In this document: in pieces, positions 35,683 through 47,292 of the stretch | Layout: every line of letters begins with the position of its first letter | Position numbering within the stretch: the first letter of the stretch is position 1 | NCBI GenBank assembly: GCA_024704765.1 | Contig: JAKMXF010000329.1 | Location: 243,450 to 307,449, forward strand | Length of the DNA stretch: 64,000 nucleotides | Direction: 5' to 3' | From: Oopsacas minuta | Taxonomy: Eukaryota > Animalia > Porifera | Position numbers and translations under genes: made by a program | Notes under the pieces: model-generated | Databases searched by the model: none | What the model saw: only the letters and a program-made list of their open reading frames with translations | Told to the model about the DNA's origin: nothing

Positions 35683-37893
35683 TCATAGTACATTGGAAGA
35701 AATGTAATTATTATAATCAATAGAATTCAGAAGAAAATCGAATTTATGCTTCGTATTAGGAATCCTAAGAATAGTGAAAATAAGTTTGATTATATGATTC
35801 AACTTTTGTTGTATTTGGGAATAACATAAAACTCTCAAATTTTCAATCCCACTATCACAAAATCGAATAATTAATTCAAAAAGTTGGTTAAAGATTCCAG
35901 CAAACTCAATGTGGTTGTCATCCAAAAAACACTTTGAATGAATCGAATTGATAAATTTCTGATGCTCATTCAGTAGAAGGTCAGTGTCAATGTTGTGATC
36001 ATTAAATATAGAACGAAATATACGAAAATGTGCAAGAATCACTTGATTAAAAAAGAATTGAGAGATAATAGAAAAGTAGAAATTCATCTGATAAACAATA
36101 AAGATAGGCAAAAAATGAGAATCAGAACATTGTTTGAAATGAAGATATGTACGATGTAATATAAACTCAATCCATTTAAGTTTCAACAGAAAAGAAAACA
36201 ATTCTTGATATTTTGACAAATTGGAAGGCGTAATAACAATAGAGGCTAAAGAATCGATATTATAGTGCAAACGAATATCACTCAATGTTCCATTATGGCC
36301 AATAGTAATATATAGCCTTTCATCAAGGTGTAAATTTGGATGATATAAATAAATTGCCTGAAGTAGGGTGCTTGTAATGCTCAAAGGATCAGAAAAACGT
36401 TCTTTACTTTCAAACAATATTTCAGAAAATTTCTGCATCGTCAGACCATCCCCAAATAAATATATATTAAAAATAAAAGTCAATTCAAGGTAAATATTAC
36501 AATGAGAGCTTAAGTGACGTATGAGACTTGTAGAAGATCTCTTAAATATTGGTAAAAACATAGAATTGAGTAAACATTTCATAGATATAAAAATTGGAGA
36601 TGTACCAAGATCTGTTTTTGAGTCTCTGAAATGATGCCAGATATTTCCATGATAGGATACACTATTGGGGAATAAATCAGAATGAGTTAAGGAATCTGTC
36701 AAATGAAAAATACAGCCAAAAAGAAATGGATCGACAATATCATTAGAAAAAACAAATGGTGAATTATAAATACGGGACAAAACGTCACGATTAAATGTAA
36801 ATTGAGAACCTTCACTTACTTTGAATATATTATCAATAAATGTAAAATATAGCATTCCATATTGCTCTTCAGCAATTTTCTCACCTAACACTCCCAGAGA
36901 GCCTAGAGATTTACCAGACGATAATATTATATTTTCTATACCTATAAAAAAAGAAGGAGTGGCTAAAATATTATCATCACATCGTATATTGCAGCCATCA
37001 GTCCAGAAAAGAGAGAGCTGGTGGCAATTTACTGGAAAATGCAATTGTTCAATAAAGAATTCATTATGTATATCTGTAATAAAACCAGAATAAAACCATT
37101 GAGAAATAAAATTAAAAAGAGGAGCTAGAGATATTAAAAGTAGCGAAATAGGAATACGGGAATATTGTGGGATAACCATTAACTGTAATTCACAAAGAGA
37201 TAATTCTTGCCAAAGGCAATCTAACAGCCATCTCACTTCATAAATTGGAATAATATTTTCTAAAGATTTTGGAGGAGATATACATCTTAAAAAGATTGAA
37301 TGGAAGTATGACACTTCTTCACTCAAGATTTCCAGGTCATCATACAAGGTCAGTAGAGAACAAGATTCCACAAAATTCTGAATTCCCTCTAATTCAAGTA
37401 GTTTGGAATCTATGTCATATAAGAACATACGAACAGAGGAAGAAAATGCTTGAAAGGTTAATGTAGAATAGGGATGAATTTTAACAGTAGTAGTAACTCT
37501 TCTGTTTGAGTCAGAAATTATTGACAAACTAGTATCCAAAACAGTATGGCAAAATAATCTCATATGGCGAAGTTTATTAGAGGTGTGACAAAAACTTCTA
37601 AGCAACGGAAACAGGCGCTGTGGAATTTTCTTTGAGGGTAAATAACCAGCGTCAGTTAAAAGATAAAATGACAATTTATCAACACCCATGAACATCCAAA
37701 TAGTTTCCCTGGAAAGCATAAAGTTAGAAAATGTGTGAAAATCAGAAGACAGATGCATTTGTAGGGCAATCAAATCTGAACATCGATGTCTACAGGTTAA
37801 AAAGTCAAAGTCAATCTCGTCATCTTCTGAAATTGAGGAACGAGAACCGTAAGATGAATATTCAGTTTTCCATTCATCCTGCAAAGTAAACAT
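35683..37893 (-). CDS. TUBGCP5: Gamma-tubulin complex component (Spc97/Spc98 family), most like GCP5
   Basis: 736-aa uninterrupted ORF with RETIWMFMG, QWFYSGFITDIHNEFFI, YLFGDGLTMQKFSEILF, YQELFSFLLKLKWIEFIL. The true 5' end is probably spliced (TTTGCAG|GATGAATGG acceptor near 37879). Paralog assignment is less sure than family. Confidence 0.78.
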   Translation of the reverse strand: MFTLQDEWKTEYSSYGSRSSISEDDEIDFDFLTCRHRCSDLIALQMHLSSDFHTFSNFMLSRETIWMFMGVDKLSFYLLTDAGYLPSKKIPQRLFPLLRSFCHTSNKLRHMRLFCHTVLDTSLSIISDSNRRVTTTVKIHPYSTLTFQAFSSSVRMFLYDIDSKLLELEGIQNFVESCSLLTLYDDLEILSEEVSYFHSIFLRCISPPKSLENIIPIYEVRWLLDCLWQELSLCELQLMVIPQYSRIPISLLLISLAPLFNFISQWFYSGFITDIHNEFFIEQLHFPVNCHQLSLFWTDGCNIRCDDNILATPSFFIGIENIILSSGKSLGSLGVLGEKIAEEQYGMLYFTFIDNIFKVSEGSQFTFNRDVLSRIYNSPFVFSNDIVDPFLFGCIFHLTDSLTHSDLFPNSVSYHGNIWHHFRDSKTDLGTSPIFISMKCLLNSMFLPIFKRSSTSLIRHLSSHCNIYLELTFIFNIYLFGDGLTMQKFSEILFESKERFSDPLSITSTLLQAIYLYHPNLHLDERLYITIGHNGTLSDIRLHYNIDSLASIVITPSNLSKYQELFSFLLKLKWIEFILHRTYLHFKQCSDSHFLPIFIVYQMNFYFSIISQFFFNQVILAHFRIFRSIFNDHNIDTDLLLNEHQKFINSIHSKCFLDDNHIEFAGIFNQLFELIIRFCDSGIENLRVLCYSQIQQKLNHIIKLIFTILRIPNTKHKFDFLLNSIDYNNYISSNVL

Positions 37894-38342
37894 ATATAAT
37901 CAGGCCTGGGAGCGAAAATGCAAGAGTGGGGAGAGGTGGATTCAGAATTAGTGAAGAAAGAGAAAGCATATCGAACAATGGATAAGGTGCTCTGGAGGCT
38001 TCAAGATAAGTTCATTGAAGTGAACAAGTAAAAATGTAAGCACAAAATATAAAATTACAATTTGAGCAGAAAGCATAGTATTATATTGATAATACAGTAG
38101 AACAAGGTTAGCATCAGCTTAGGACGTACTCTCGGAGAGTAACAGAGGCGTAGCTAGGGGCAAAGAAAGGGTGCGACATAGGTGTAACATTGCTGCATCT
38201 GTAATAAATTTCTATCTAAACTTTTGGTAGGCACAAGCAAATTAGGCGCATCATGTACTGCATATCCTGCAACCTGCTAAGCCTCTGGTTAGGACGTACT
38301 TTCACCAAAATAGATGACGATTTAGTGCTAATTGAATAGGAA

Positions 38343-38418
38343 CGTACCAGTATGTTCTAAATTTTTTTCCCAAGGGAGGTACGTCTCCCATGGAAAAAAT
38401 TTAGTACATACTAGTACG
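38343..38418. repeat. 76-bp imperfect palindrome
   Basis: CGTACCAGTATGTTCTAAATTTTTTTCCCAAGGGAG-GTACGT-CTCCCATGGAAAAAATTTAGTACATACTAGTACG. Confidence 0.8.
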
Positions 38419-39959
38419 AATTCTACTGAAAATAGTAGTCGAATAAAAACCGACTTGAAAAAGGGCGAAAACTTCACATCTTAGATTACAGAAAATTTTG
38501 GTTCCAAAACTTCATATACCGTCCAATACCTGTAAAATTAAATAAAATTAATCAATGAATAATTTTGATGATCTGGCATTTGAATTAAATAGCGGCGGTC
38601 ACTAAATGACCGGCACATCCCAAAGCTGTGAACTCTTCAAATCGCATAAATTTTAAGCCATTAAACGATATTTTGAGAATTCTTTTCTCTAATTACTTGA
38701 CTCAGGAATGTAAAAATATTCCGTTCTCAAAATTTAACCAAACCTCATCGATTGAGAGCCCTCTTTCGCAGCGGCTAAGAAAGTTAGGTCTAGTTATACA
38801 CAAATAGATCCTCTAAATGATTTTTAAACATGATTTTACGGGATCGACCACCGCGGCTTAGTATATATTGTCAGTTTTTCATGTATTTCTACGGAAAATA
38901 ATGTTATCCTCTGATATTAACAGAATTTTTGAACTAATTTCAAAATATATAGAGGATATGTAAATCATGGTATATAACAGCGATTGAAATTTACGTTCAT
39001 AAAATATTTGTTATATAAATTGTTTAGAACTACATATGTATTACAGAAAATAGCTCGTTGGGATGATGCTCCAGTGTCTATTCACTGGGAAATCAATGCA
39101 TTGTGACCGACAAACACAGGTAACAGTTTGAAATAATCCACAGAGTTTCCAGTGAATAGACATAGGTTAAATCATCGTTAGAAAGCAGTATATTGGTGTA
39201 ATTAGCCATGATATATAAGTCTAGACTATCTAAAATAAGATATTATCATGACCTCATCATTTAAAAATGGTAAATACAATGATATTCATCTTCCCAATGT
39301 ATTCTGAAATCATAGTAAAATAAGGATCAAACAGAGGATAATATTATGTATCCAATGAAATAAGTTAAAGAATGCCAAGCAATTATTTCGCAGAGGAAGC
39401 TGATCTCGTAAAATCGGTACTCGTGTTTACAGATCTTATAGAGGGTTAATTTGTGTATAACTATATCTAACCCTCCTAGTCGCGTCGAATGAGATGACTC
39501 ATTCAATTGAGTAAAGGACGAATTTGAGATCGGAATGTTGTCATATTCCAGAGACATTCCTGCGTTGAAGGAAAGAGTTCTCAAAATATGGTGAAGTGAA
39601 CCTTCAAATGGCTGGAAATTTGATACTGAGTATGAACCTGGTAGTAAATTGGATTCTATGTAATTTGTAGTAAACATGGGTCGAGACCTGAAATTGTTTC
39701 TGTATGTATAAACAGGTCAGTCGGTATGTTAAAGTCATGAAACTCACAATTAATATGCGGCTCAAAAATTGCCATCTCAAGTGTCATTGAAGTGAGTGAT
39801 TTTCTAATTTCCTACTCATAGTTGAGGAAGGCACTGAACCTGAGAATGAGAACAAATGATTCATCTATATGATATACTTGTAGTACACGGTAATAATATC
39901 TCTGACATGGTAAACTCTAAGGAAATATTCATGAAAACTACACATATTTTGATTTTATT

Positions 39960-40605
39960 AGTCAGAGAATAATATTGCGTCCTAAGAATGAAATATGTGA
40001 TCAAATGAATAACCATGTTATTCATCAACTGCTAGAGGAAGGTACAACACTGCTGAGTGCTGATTATGTAGAAGAATCCACTGATATCAATTTCCTTCAG
40101 AATTTCTAAATTCCATTACACCTAATGCCATGCCACAACACCGCCTATTTTAGAAACAATTTGCATCAATTATGTTATAGCGAAATCTTGATACCGATGA
40201 AGGCTTAAGTAATGGTACTCACTTAATCGTGATTGGCATTTTTAAAATCCGGGTTATAGATGCAGAAATCGCCACAGGCGTACACAAAGGCAAACGTGTG
40301 TTTGTACCACGAATACTCTTTACATCGCCTGTCTGAACTTCCGTTTATTCTCAGGAGAAGGCAATTTCCTATCTGCTTAGCATATTGCATAACTATTAAT
40401 AACGGTCAAGACAACAGTTTAGATACTGTGGGTATATATTTACCATCCCCTGAAGCTAGTTTTAGCCATGGACAGCTTTATGTTGCATTAAGCAGGGTCA
40501 CAAATCCAATGGGATTGAAAATTATGGTGTGTCAACCTCATAAATTTACTTCAGGGGGAGTATGGATTTGAAATGGAGTCTATAGGGAAGTGTTTCAAGA
40601 TAATT
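39960..40605 (+). pseudogene. Helitron PIF1-type helicase C-terminal fragment
   Basis: RIILRPKN, EFLNSITPNAMPQH, RNL...GLSNGT, RRRQFPICLAYCITINNGQ, FSHGQLYVALSRV, NGVYREV. Confidence 0.88.
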
Positions 40606-43600
40606 GTGAGACTCATTAACTATCATATTTGTCCCTCTCCAGTGTACCTAGCAATGAATTTCTGAGGGTAGAGATCTGAATCCAAGCTACAAATAATCCT
40701 TCCTCCCAGTGTGATATCAACATACACTGGTTTTTTGTGTTCAGCATATTTTAATGCTGATATCTAATAGAAATCTTGTCTCCTGGGATGTTGCCGTCTC
40801 CAGCTAGTTTCCTAACAAATATCATTCCATATTGGTAGTAGACTAGTAGTAGTTCAATCTCATGTATGAAATAGTCACCTCTGTACACGCCAGGTGACAA
40901 CAGCTGTGGCTCATCAGTATGTACTTTAAACACAACTACATTGGTTAAGTTAAGCTCATAGGTAGTATTATTACTATAGGATGTGTTGAGGTCTGAATAT
41001 CTGTGAAACACTGTATCCGTGCCAGGTCTTTGAGTTTAGGATTGTTGATTTCGCATGCGAGATTCTTACAAGCAGACTTACTCAACAGGAGAATCTTGAG
41101 AGGGTTTACTCTGTCTCCCTCTTCAAATCCTCCTGAGCACGAAAATGTACATTTCTCTTAGAAATTTTACAAGAACTATAACAAATGGAAAGTATTGATG
41201 ATCTTTGTTCTTGCTAAATGAAACATTTCCAAGTTCACAATTTGATTTCACTTCTCCATTATCTGATAATATAGCTCCTACAAAGAGAGAGTCCATGTCA
41301 AGTGAATCGGATGGAAAGAGTAAGATGATTAAACTTACTAGTTTCAATGAGCATCTTTTAGGCCATTTGAAGTTATAGACAATTGCATGGATATGGATAC
41401 TCATGATGGGGTCAGCAGATCTGAGCTGAGATGTATATTTGATGGCATAATTCTTTAACGATTTGAATGGTCTCACTACTTTTTAAATGGTTTCGTCAAC
41501 AAATTTTCACTCGCAATGGGTCAAAATCTTGCAAATAATATTCACTTACATTACCCATTTTGCCGAATTGTGACACAAACATATTTCGAATTGCCAATTA
41601 CTATATACATCAGTCCAGATACAATTGGTAAGGTATTTCCCAGCCTTTTCAGGTTATAAATTACATCCTAATGGCAATTATCTATCCATGCATTATCTCA
41701 ATTCATCTTGGTACCGAAACAATTTTGAGATACTAAAGCACAATTTGATAAAGAGACGATCAGGCCTTTTTAATGAACAGCAACTACATGATCATATATA
41801 ATCCGTATGTGTACCAAATGAGTGGAGCACAAGTGTTGGATTAAACATCCTAGGTGCTATCACTGGAGTAGATATATTTGTAAGTGATTGTAAAGCTTCT
41901 GATTGTGTAAATTGGTATAATTTACCCAATTTAGTACATCAGGTATTAGACACTCATTATGAGTGTGATCCTAAGGTCAAAAATTATGTATATTATACGT
42001 AATACAATCTTAGCAGAAAAGCAGGCAATGAACATTTTGTAAAAATAATTCCGTTTTGAATATTTAACATTCTTACCAGAACCACAAACACAATACTACG
42101 GAATACATTTTACTCACGAAAGAACATCAGACATAATTGCGCAATACAACAAAATATACAATAACAGAACACACACTCACTCAAACACCAGCTTGAGAAT
42201 CAGATATTCTCGCGATATGCGCTGCGTGGCTGATAAAGATTTCTGAATAAGAACCTTTCCCGGGCCCGATTTCGGCGGTGAATGTGTCACGCCCGCGTGG
42301 TCTCTAGGTTTCTCTTCATACTAAATCATAATAGGCTGTTAGATCGAAACTGTATAGCGATCAACAAATTGTGTGCTACAATTACGAAATTACACAAAAA
42401 CCACCTAACACATCACAACTTCCTGTGTCGTTGAGGAAAAGACCCATGCCATTTCAAATTCAATCTCACATATGCTGACTTAATCTATTCAACACACCTT
42501 CATCCTCTCATTATAAGCCCAATGATACAGTGTTTCTATAAGACAGAAGAATTGAAAATATTACAAGAAAGTGAATTTCAGGTAAATTAGATTCCAATAG
42601 TTGTGTTGAATAATATTTATGGAAAAACTCTAGATTTAATAGCAAGAGAATTCAATTCTTTCATTATAACCCAATGATAGTATTTTATCTAAGACAGGAG
42701 AATTCAATATTACAAGCCAACGAATTACATTCCAAGATGAACACAAATCAACGCTGAAGGGCCATAATAGTCAAAAAGTATAGAATTAACGAGAAACGGG
42801 TGCCATTTTTGGAAACCTAATTGAGGCATATCGGCAGATAACAATGAATGGTGATGTAAAGTGTGTTGGCGGTGATTGAATGGCATCAATTGATTATTAT
42901 TAGTGAGGGGGGAATACTTGTTTTTAGTTAAGGAATTGCTTCCGTGCCATTTGTTGACGTTATTGGTTAAAGATGTTTAGGTTGTAGACGTTTTGACCAG
43001 CAATCATCATAGACATGCCTATTTCCACTAGAGCACCCATTTGTGCCCACTGTGTATGCAACACACTAACCAGTCAAACGTATTTGAAAACAAATAAATT
43101 TCCAATTAATGATTAAATATTTAACTATAGCTATCTTTGATATTTCGTAAATACTCACCTACGGTAATCGTTTACAATTATATAAACTACATCAGTAATT
43201 CTCAACCTTTCTTGAACTGCGACACACTGTTTTCTCTATGCTTTTTAAGGCAATCATGTCAATGGTAATTCAACTTTAGCAAAACCGCAGGGACTAAACT
43301 TCGTACAGTTGTACCAAATATGTTCAAATATCGGGTTTAAAGAGTGTGTTTTCTTGATTCTACCACTATCAGATTCTGAAGATTTGTATTAAATAACAAG
43401 TCAACTTGAGCCTAGTGTTGGAATTTAGTATTAATTTCTCTAGTAATGAACTATTTTGATAACATACAATCTATGTTCCCACTATTACATTATATTTAAC
43501 AACATGCCAAAATGGAGTACCAAATTTCATAATGATATTACTTGGACAGAAGGTGGTAGGAATTAGATAATCAATTTGATAACTATATTAGTAATGTAAC

Positions 43601-43609
43601 ATATAAACC

Positions 43610-45360
43610 ACATGTGGGAAAAGTGCGGCCCGCTCGCTAAATTTATCCGGCCCCTCGGAGTTCGTTTGAAAAGGGTATGAATGTGACCAAAAGAATTTTT
43701 CTCACACTTTTAGCCTTCATGACTTGAGATGAGTATATTGTATTATTCTGTATATAACCCTGCCTTTCGATAACGGCTTTGTAATTCAGGTAAATATTTA
43801 ATTGCAACTACACTTGAATTATTATTCAACACCGAAATTCTACAGACGTGTGCACTTATAAAAATTTGCTTCTTTGTATTATTACAATGATATTTAGTAA
43901 TGTTATTGGTCTCGGATTTCTCGTATTCTGGTGTAGTGTTAAGTTGAAATAGACACATTTGACTTCTTTTTTCATGGTGCTACAAATACACTGCAGATTA
44001 TATTGTAATTATACCAAAAACTCTGATAATCAAATAGCTTTGTGCCAACCCAAGATGAGTAGACAAGAAAATAGCTGAAGAACACTGAGAATTTCAGGAA
44101 AGATGGACAGAAGAATATCTTTCGTCCATGCGAATGATAAAACATTGTGCTTATTATGCAGTATTAGAGTTGCAGTGTTCAGAGTTCAACCTAAAGCGAC
44201 GTTACCAACCGATGCATCAAAGTGTCGCAGCCAAACAAATTGGAGAGATGGAAGTTTTTTGATTGCGATGAAAGTACTGATATATCCGACACAGCGGAAC
44301 TCGGAATATTTATTAGAGGAGTGAATGAAGATTTTACAGAAACGGAAGAAATACTGGCATTACAGAGTATGAAAGGAATAACCAAAGGCAAATACATATT
44401 CAAAGAAGTTAAAAAGGTTTTCAATACATACAACTTACATCGTAATAAATTGTATGGCATCAGTACTGACAGGGCCCAACTATGATTGGCGTACGTTCTG
44501 GTCTTGTCCACAGGATATAAAAGAGCTCAGAAACCGACAGTGACATTCTGACACTGTCACTGCATTTCACTGCATTATACACCAGGAAACCTTTTGCGTC
44601 AAATCTCATAAATTCAATCACTAATACAACCAATAATAGAGAACGTCAATTTCATCAAGTCATGCTTTCTTAACCATCGTCAGTTTCGCCAGTACTTGGA
44701 TGATTTAGAATAAATCACCATATGGAAGTGCGTTGGCTCAGTAAGGTAAAATGGTAGCAGGGTTTATGAATTGCTTCAAGAAATAAAGGAATTCATGCAG
44801 ATAAAGAGCAAAGATATGCCCCAACAGGAGACAAAGACTTGTTACCCGATTTTGCTTTCTTAGTGGACATTACAGGTCATTTAAACATTCTAAATACCCA
44901 ACTGCAAGGCCGTGGACACCTAGTTAATGTGATGTTCGGCAACATTAAGGTATTCCAAAACAAACTTATTTTATGGATTCAACAGCTCTCGAACGGTGAA
45001 TTCATCAATCTCTACGAAATTAACGAACCGAGGATTTGGGAATCATGGTTCTTATTCGCAGAACAACTCAGACAATGGCTGGCTCAATTCAAAGAGAGGT
45101 TCGTGGAATTCAAAGAGCAAGAATTAGAACTAGATCTGTTCTCGACACCTTTACATCTTGACCCTGAGAGGACAGTAACCCCCGCCCTTCAGATGGAATT
45201 GATCGAGCTTCAGCAATCCCTGGATCTGAAAGTGAAATTCTGTAGGTCGATCTTCAGACATTTGGCCGCAAGTATTATCTCAGGGAAAAATTTCCAGAAT
45301 TGCGAACATTCATAGTAGGGCAAATGGCACTGTTTGGGTCAACATATACAGTTGAACAGC
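43610..45360 (+). mobile_element. Decayed hAT (SPIN/GTF2IRD2-like) element
   Basis: GTGCGGCCCGC/ATCCGGCCC subterminal motifs near 43623; DESTDISDTAEL, HCII.QE, EVRWLS, FAFLVDITGHLNILN.QLQG, FGSTY; internally deleted, right end not seen. Confidence 0.85.
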
Positions 45361-45837
45361 TCAACTGTATATTTTGACCTAAACTGAATTTAGTACTTAT
45401 GTTTTATGCTGAATTGATATTAATTTTCAAGATTATCGATTTGTCACCCGATCTCATAAAATTTGTCATCCATGGACTCTAAAGTAATTCAAGAAAGAGC
45501 CAAATTTTGTGTTATTAATTTTTGATATTTTGTATAAGCGTATTCTAGATCATTTCTTATATTCACTTTGCAATGTAAGATGCAATATTTTACATTCCCC
45601 AAAGGATCAAACATATTTTTCCAAATAAATGGTTTCTAGACGCATATTTTGACACATTCTTGATTTCACATTGTGCCCCCACTCATTGGTTGATAATTAG
45701 TTGCTATCATATATGCCATACATTTTACAGTTTCAGCAAAATGATGTCACATAGATTTTGTTCTATCGGCTAGCGTATCCCTAGTCCAAAATCTACGAGT
45801 TACTTTTAGGTCTTATGTATGGTAGTCAATGGAAGTA

Positions 45838-47151
45838 CAGGGTGCGTTTTAAGTTCTGTCCCATAGTCAAATCCTCATAACTTTACTACAATAGATCTTT
45901 TACTATTTAAACTTTTATACCAGTTTACTATGATCAATACAATTACATAATCGCACTGATTACTCAATATAACCTCCCTTGTCATGAATGACACTTGATA
46001 TCCTGCCAGGTAGGGCCTCAACTGCAGCACGGAGTACATCTTGGGGTATTTTCTCCCACTCTTCTCGCAATTTTCGCTTCAAAGAGTCTATACTCTTGTG
46101 AGATTTAGCACAGACTCTGCTTTCGAGAATGGACCATACCGAATAGTCCATTGGGTTCAGGTCTGGGCTATATGGAGGCCATTGCTCTTTCTCAATAAAA
46201 CATGGAATATTGCTCTGAAGCCAGGTTTGGGTAACATTTGATGTGTGAGCTGGTGCTCCGTCTTGTTGAAATACAAATGACCCACCATTAAACATGGTTT
46301 GGCTAAGGTTCTTCACTATGGGCTCTAAAATTAAGTCACGATAAGTTGTCGAGTTTATTTTTACGCCTGCTGGCACAAAAATTAGTGGCGTCCGACCAAC
46401 AGCCGATATTCCAGCCCAAACCATTACTGAAAGTGGTTTTTGGACTCGAGGAACGTACTTCAGATCTGGATCAATAGTAGATGACTTGTGTGATATAATC
46501 CTGTCGTTTTGAGGGTTCAAAGCTTCCTCAATGGTGAAAATCTTTTCGCCGGAGAATACAATTTTTTTAATATCATGATTTACGTGCCTACGTAATTGTC
46601 CTTTACATCTTTGAAGCCTCTTGACATTTACTTGCTCACTTAGGAAGTGAACTCTCTTTCTTCTGAATGAACGCATGCCTAAGTTCACTTTCACAATTTT
46701 CCGTACTGAAGACTCTGATACTTTGAATTCCTGAGCCATTTTCCTCATAGAACGCCGTGGGTTTCTACGGATACGTTCCCGCACCAACTTTTGGAGTGCT
46801 GGAGTCGTTACTGAAGGGGGACGACCACTTCTTGCTTTGTCACAAACTTCCCCAGTCTCGTTGTACCTCCGAATCGTACGATAGACAAACTTACGTCTAT
46901 TAGCGGGAATATTGAGCAACTTCAAAATTTCTTTCTGAGTCTTGCCATTTTTAGCTAACTCAATAATAGCTGACCTTTCGTGTTCCATCAAATGAAAATA
47001 CTAATACGTGAGAATGGTGTATTGTATAATAGGTATAGGTGCTAGCTAAACAATATAGTAAAAGAATCAACATAGTAGTATTAAGGATATGCTTAGAATA
47101 TAGATAATACAATAAAACATAAAGATGGGACAGAACTTAAAACGCACCCTG
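45838..47151 (-). mobile_element. Young maT (DD37D) transposon
   Basis: Perfect 27-bp TIR CAGGGTGCGTTTTAAGTTCTGTCCCAT (45838-45864 and 47125-47151); TA on both flanks. Confidence 0.96.
45960..46991 (-). CDS. maT-family transposase, full ORF, first catalytic Asp replaced by Gly
   Basis: 343 aa; VFSGEKIF (expected VFSDEKIF), FQQDGAPAH, WPPYSPDLNPMDY; 37 residues between second and third D. Confidence 0.92.
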   Translation of the reverse strand: MMEHERSAIIELAKNGKTQKEILKLLNIPANRRKFVYRTIRRYNETGEVCDKARSGRPPSVTTPALQKLVRERIRRNPRRSMRKMAQEFKVSESSVRKIVKVNLGMRSFRRKRVHFLSEQVNVKRLQRCKGQLRRHVNHDIKKIVFSGEKIFTIEEALNPQNDRIISHKSSTIDPDLKYVPRVQKPLSVMVWAGISAVGRTPLIFVPAGVKINSTTYRDLILEPIVKNLSQTMFNGGSFVFQQDGAPAHTSNVTQTWLQSNIPCFIEKEQWPPYSPDLNPMDYSVWSILESRVCAKSHKSIDSLKRKLREEWEKIPQDVLRAAVEALPGRISSVIHDKGGYIE

Positions 47152-47292
47152 TATATTGGTAACACCAAATACCACAACTGGTTAATCCATTAATTCATTG
47201 TTGCCCTGGCATTTTATGGAGTAGGCAAATTCGCACTATTATACTATTTGTAGCGAAATAGCACAAACCCATGTGCCACTTTTGATCTAAAC

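Noticed and set aside
42060-42480. Solo LTR or structured ncRNA
   Set aside because: A GC-richer patch, but no TG...CA boundaries with TSD, no second copy and no recognisable RNA fold.
42509-42717. Degenerate ~55-bp direct repeat pair 154 bp apart
   Set aside because: Only two decayed copies in AT-rich DNA; most simply an old local duplication.
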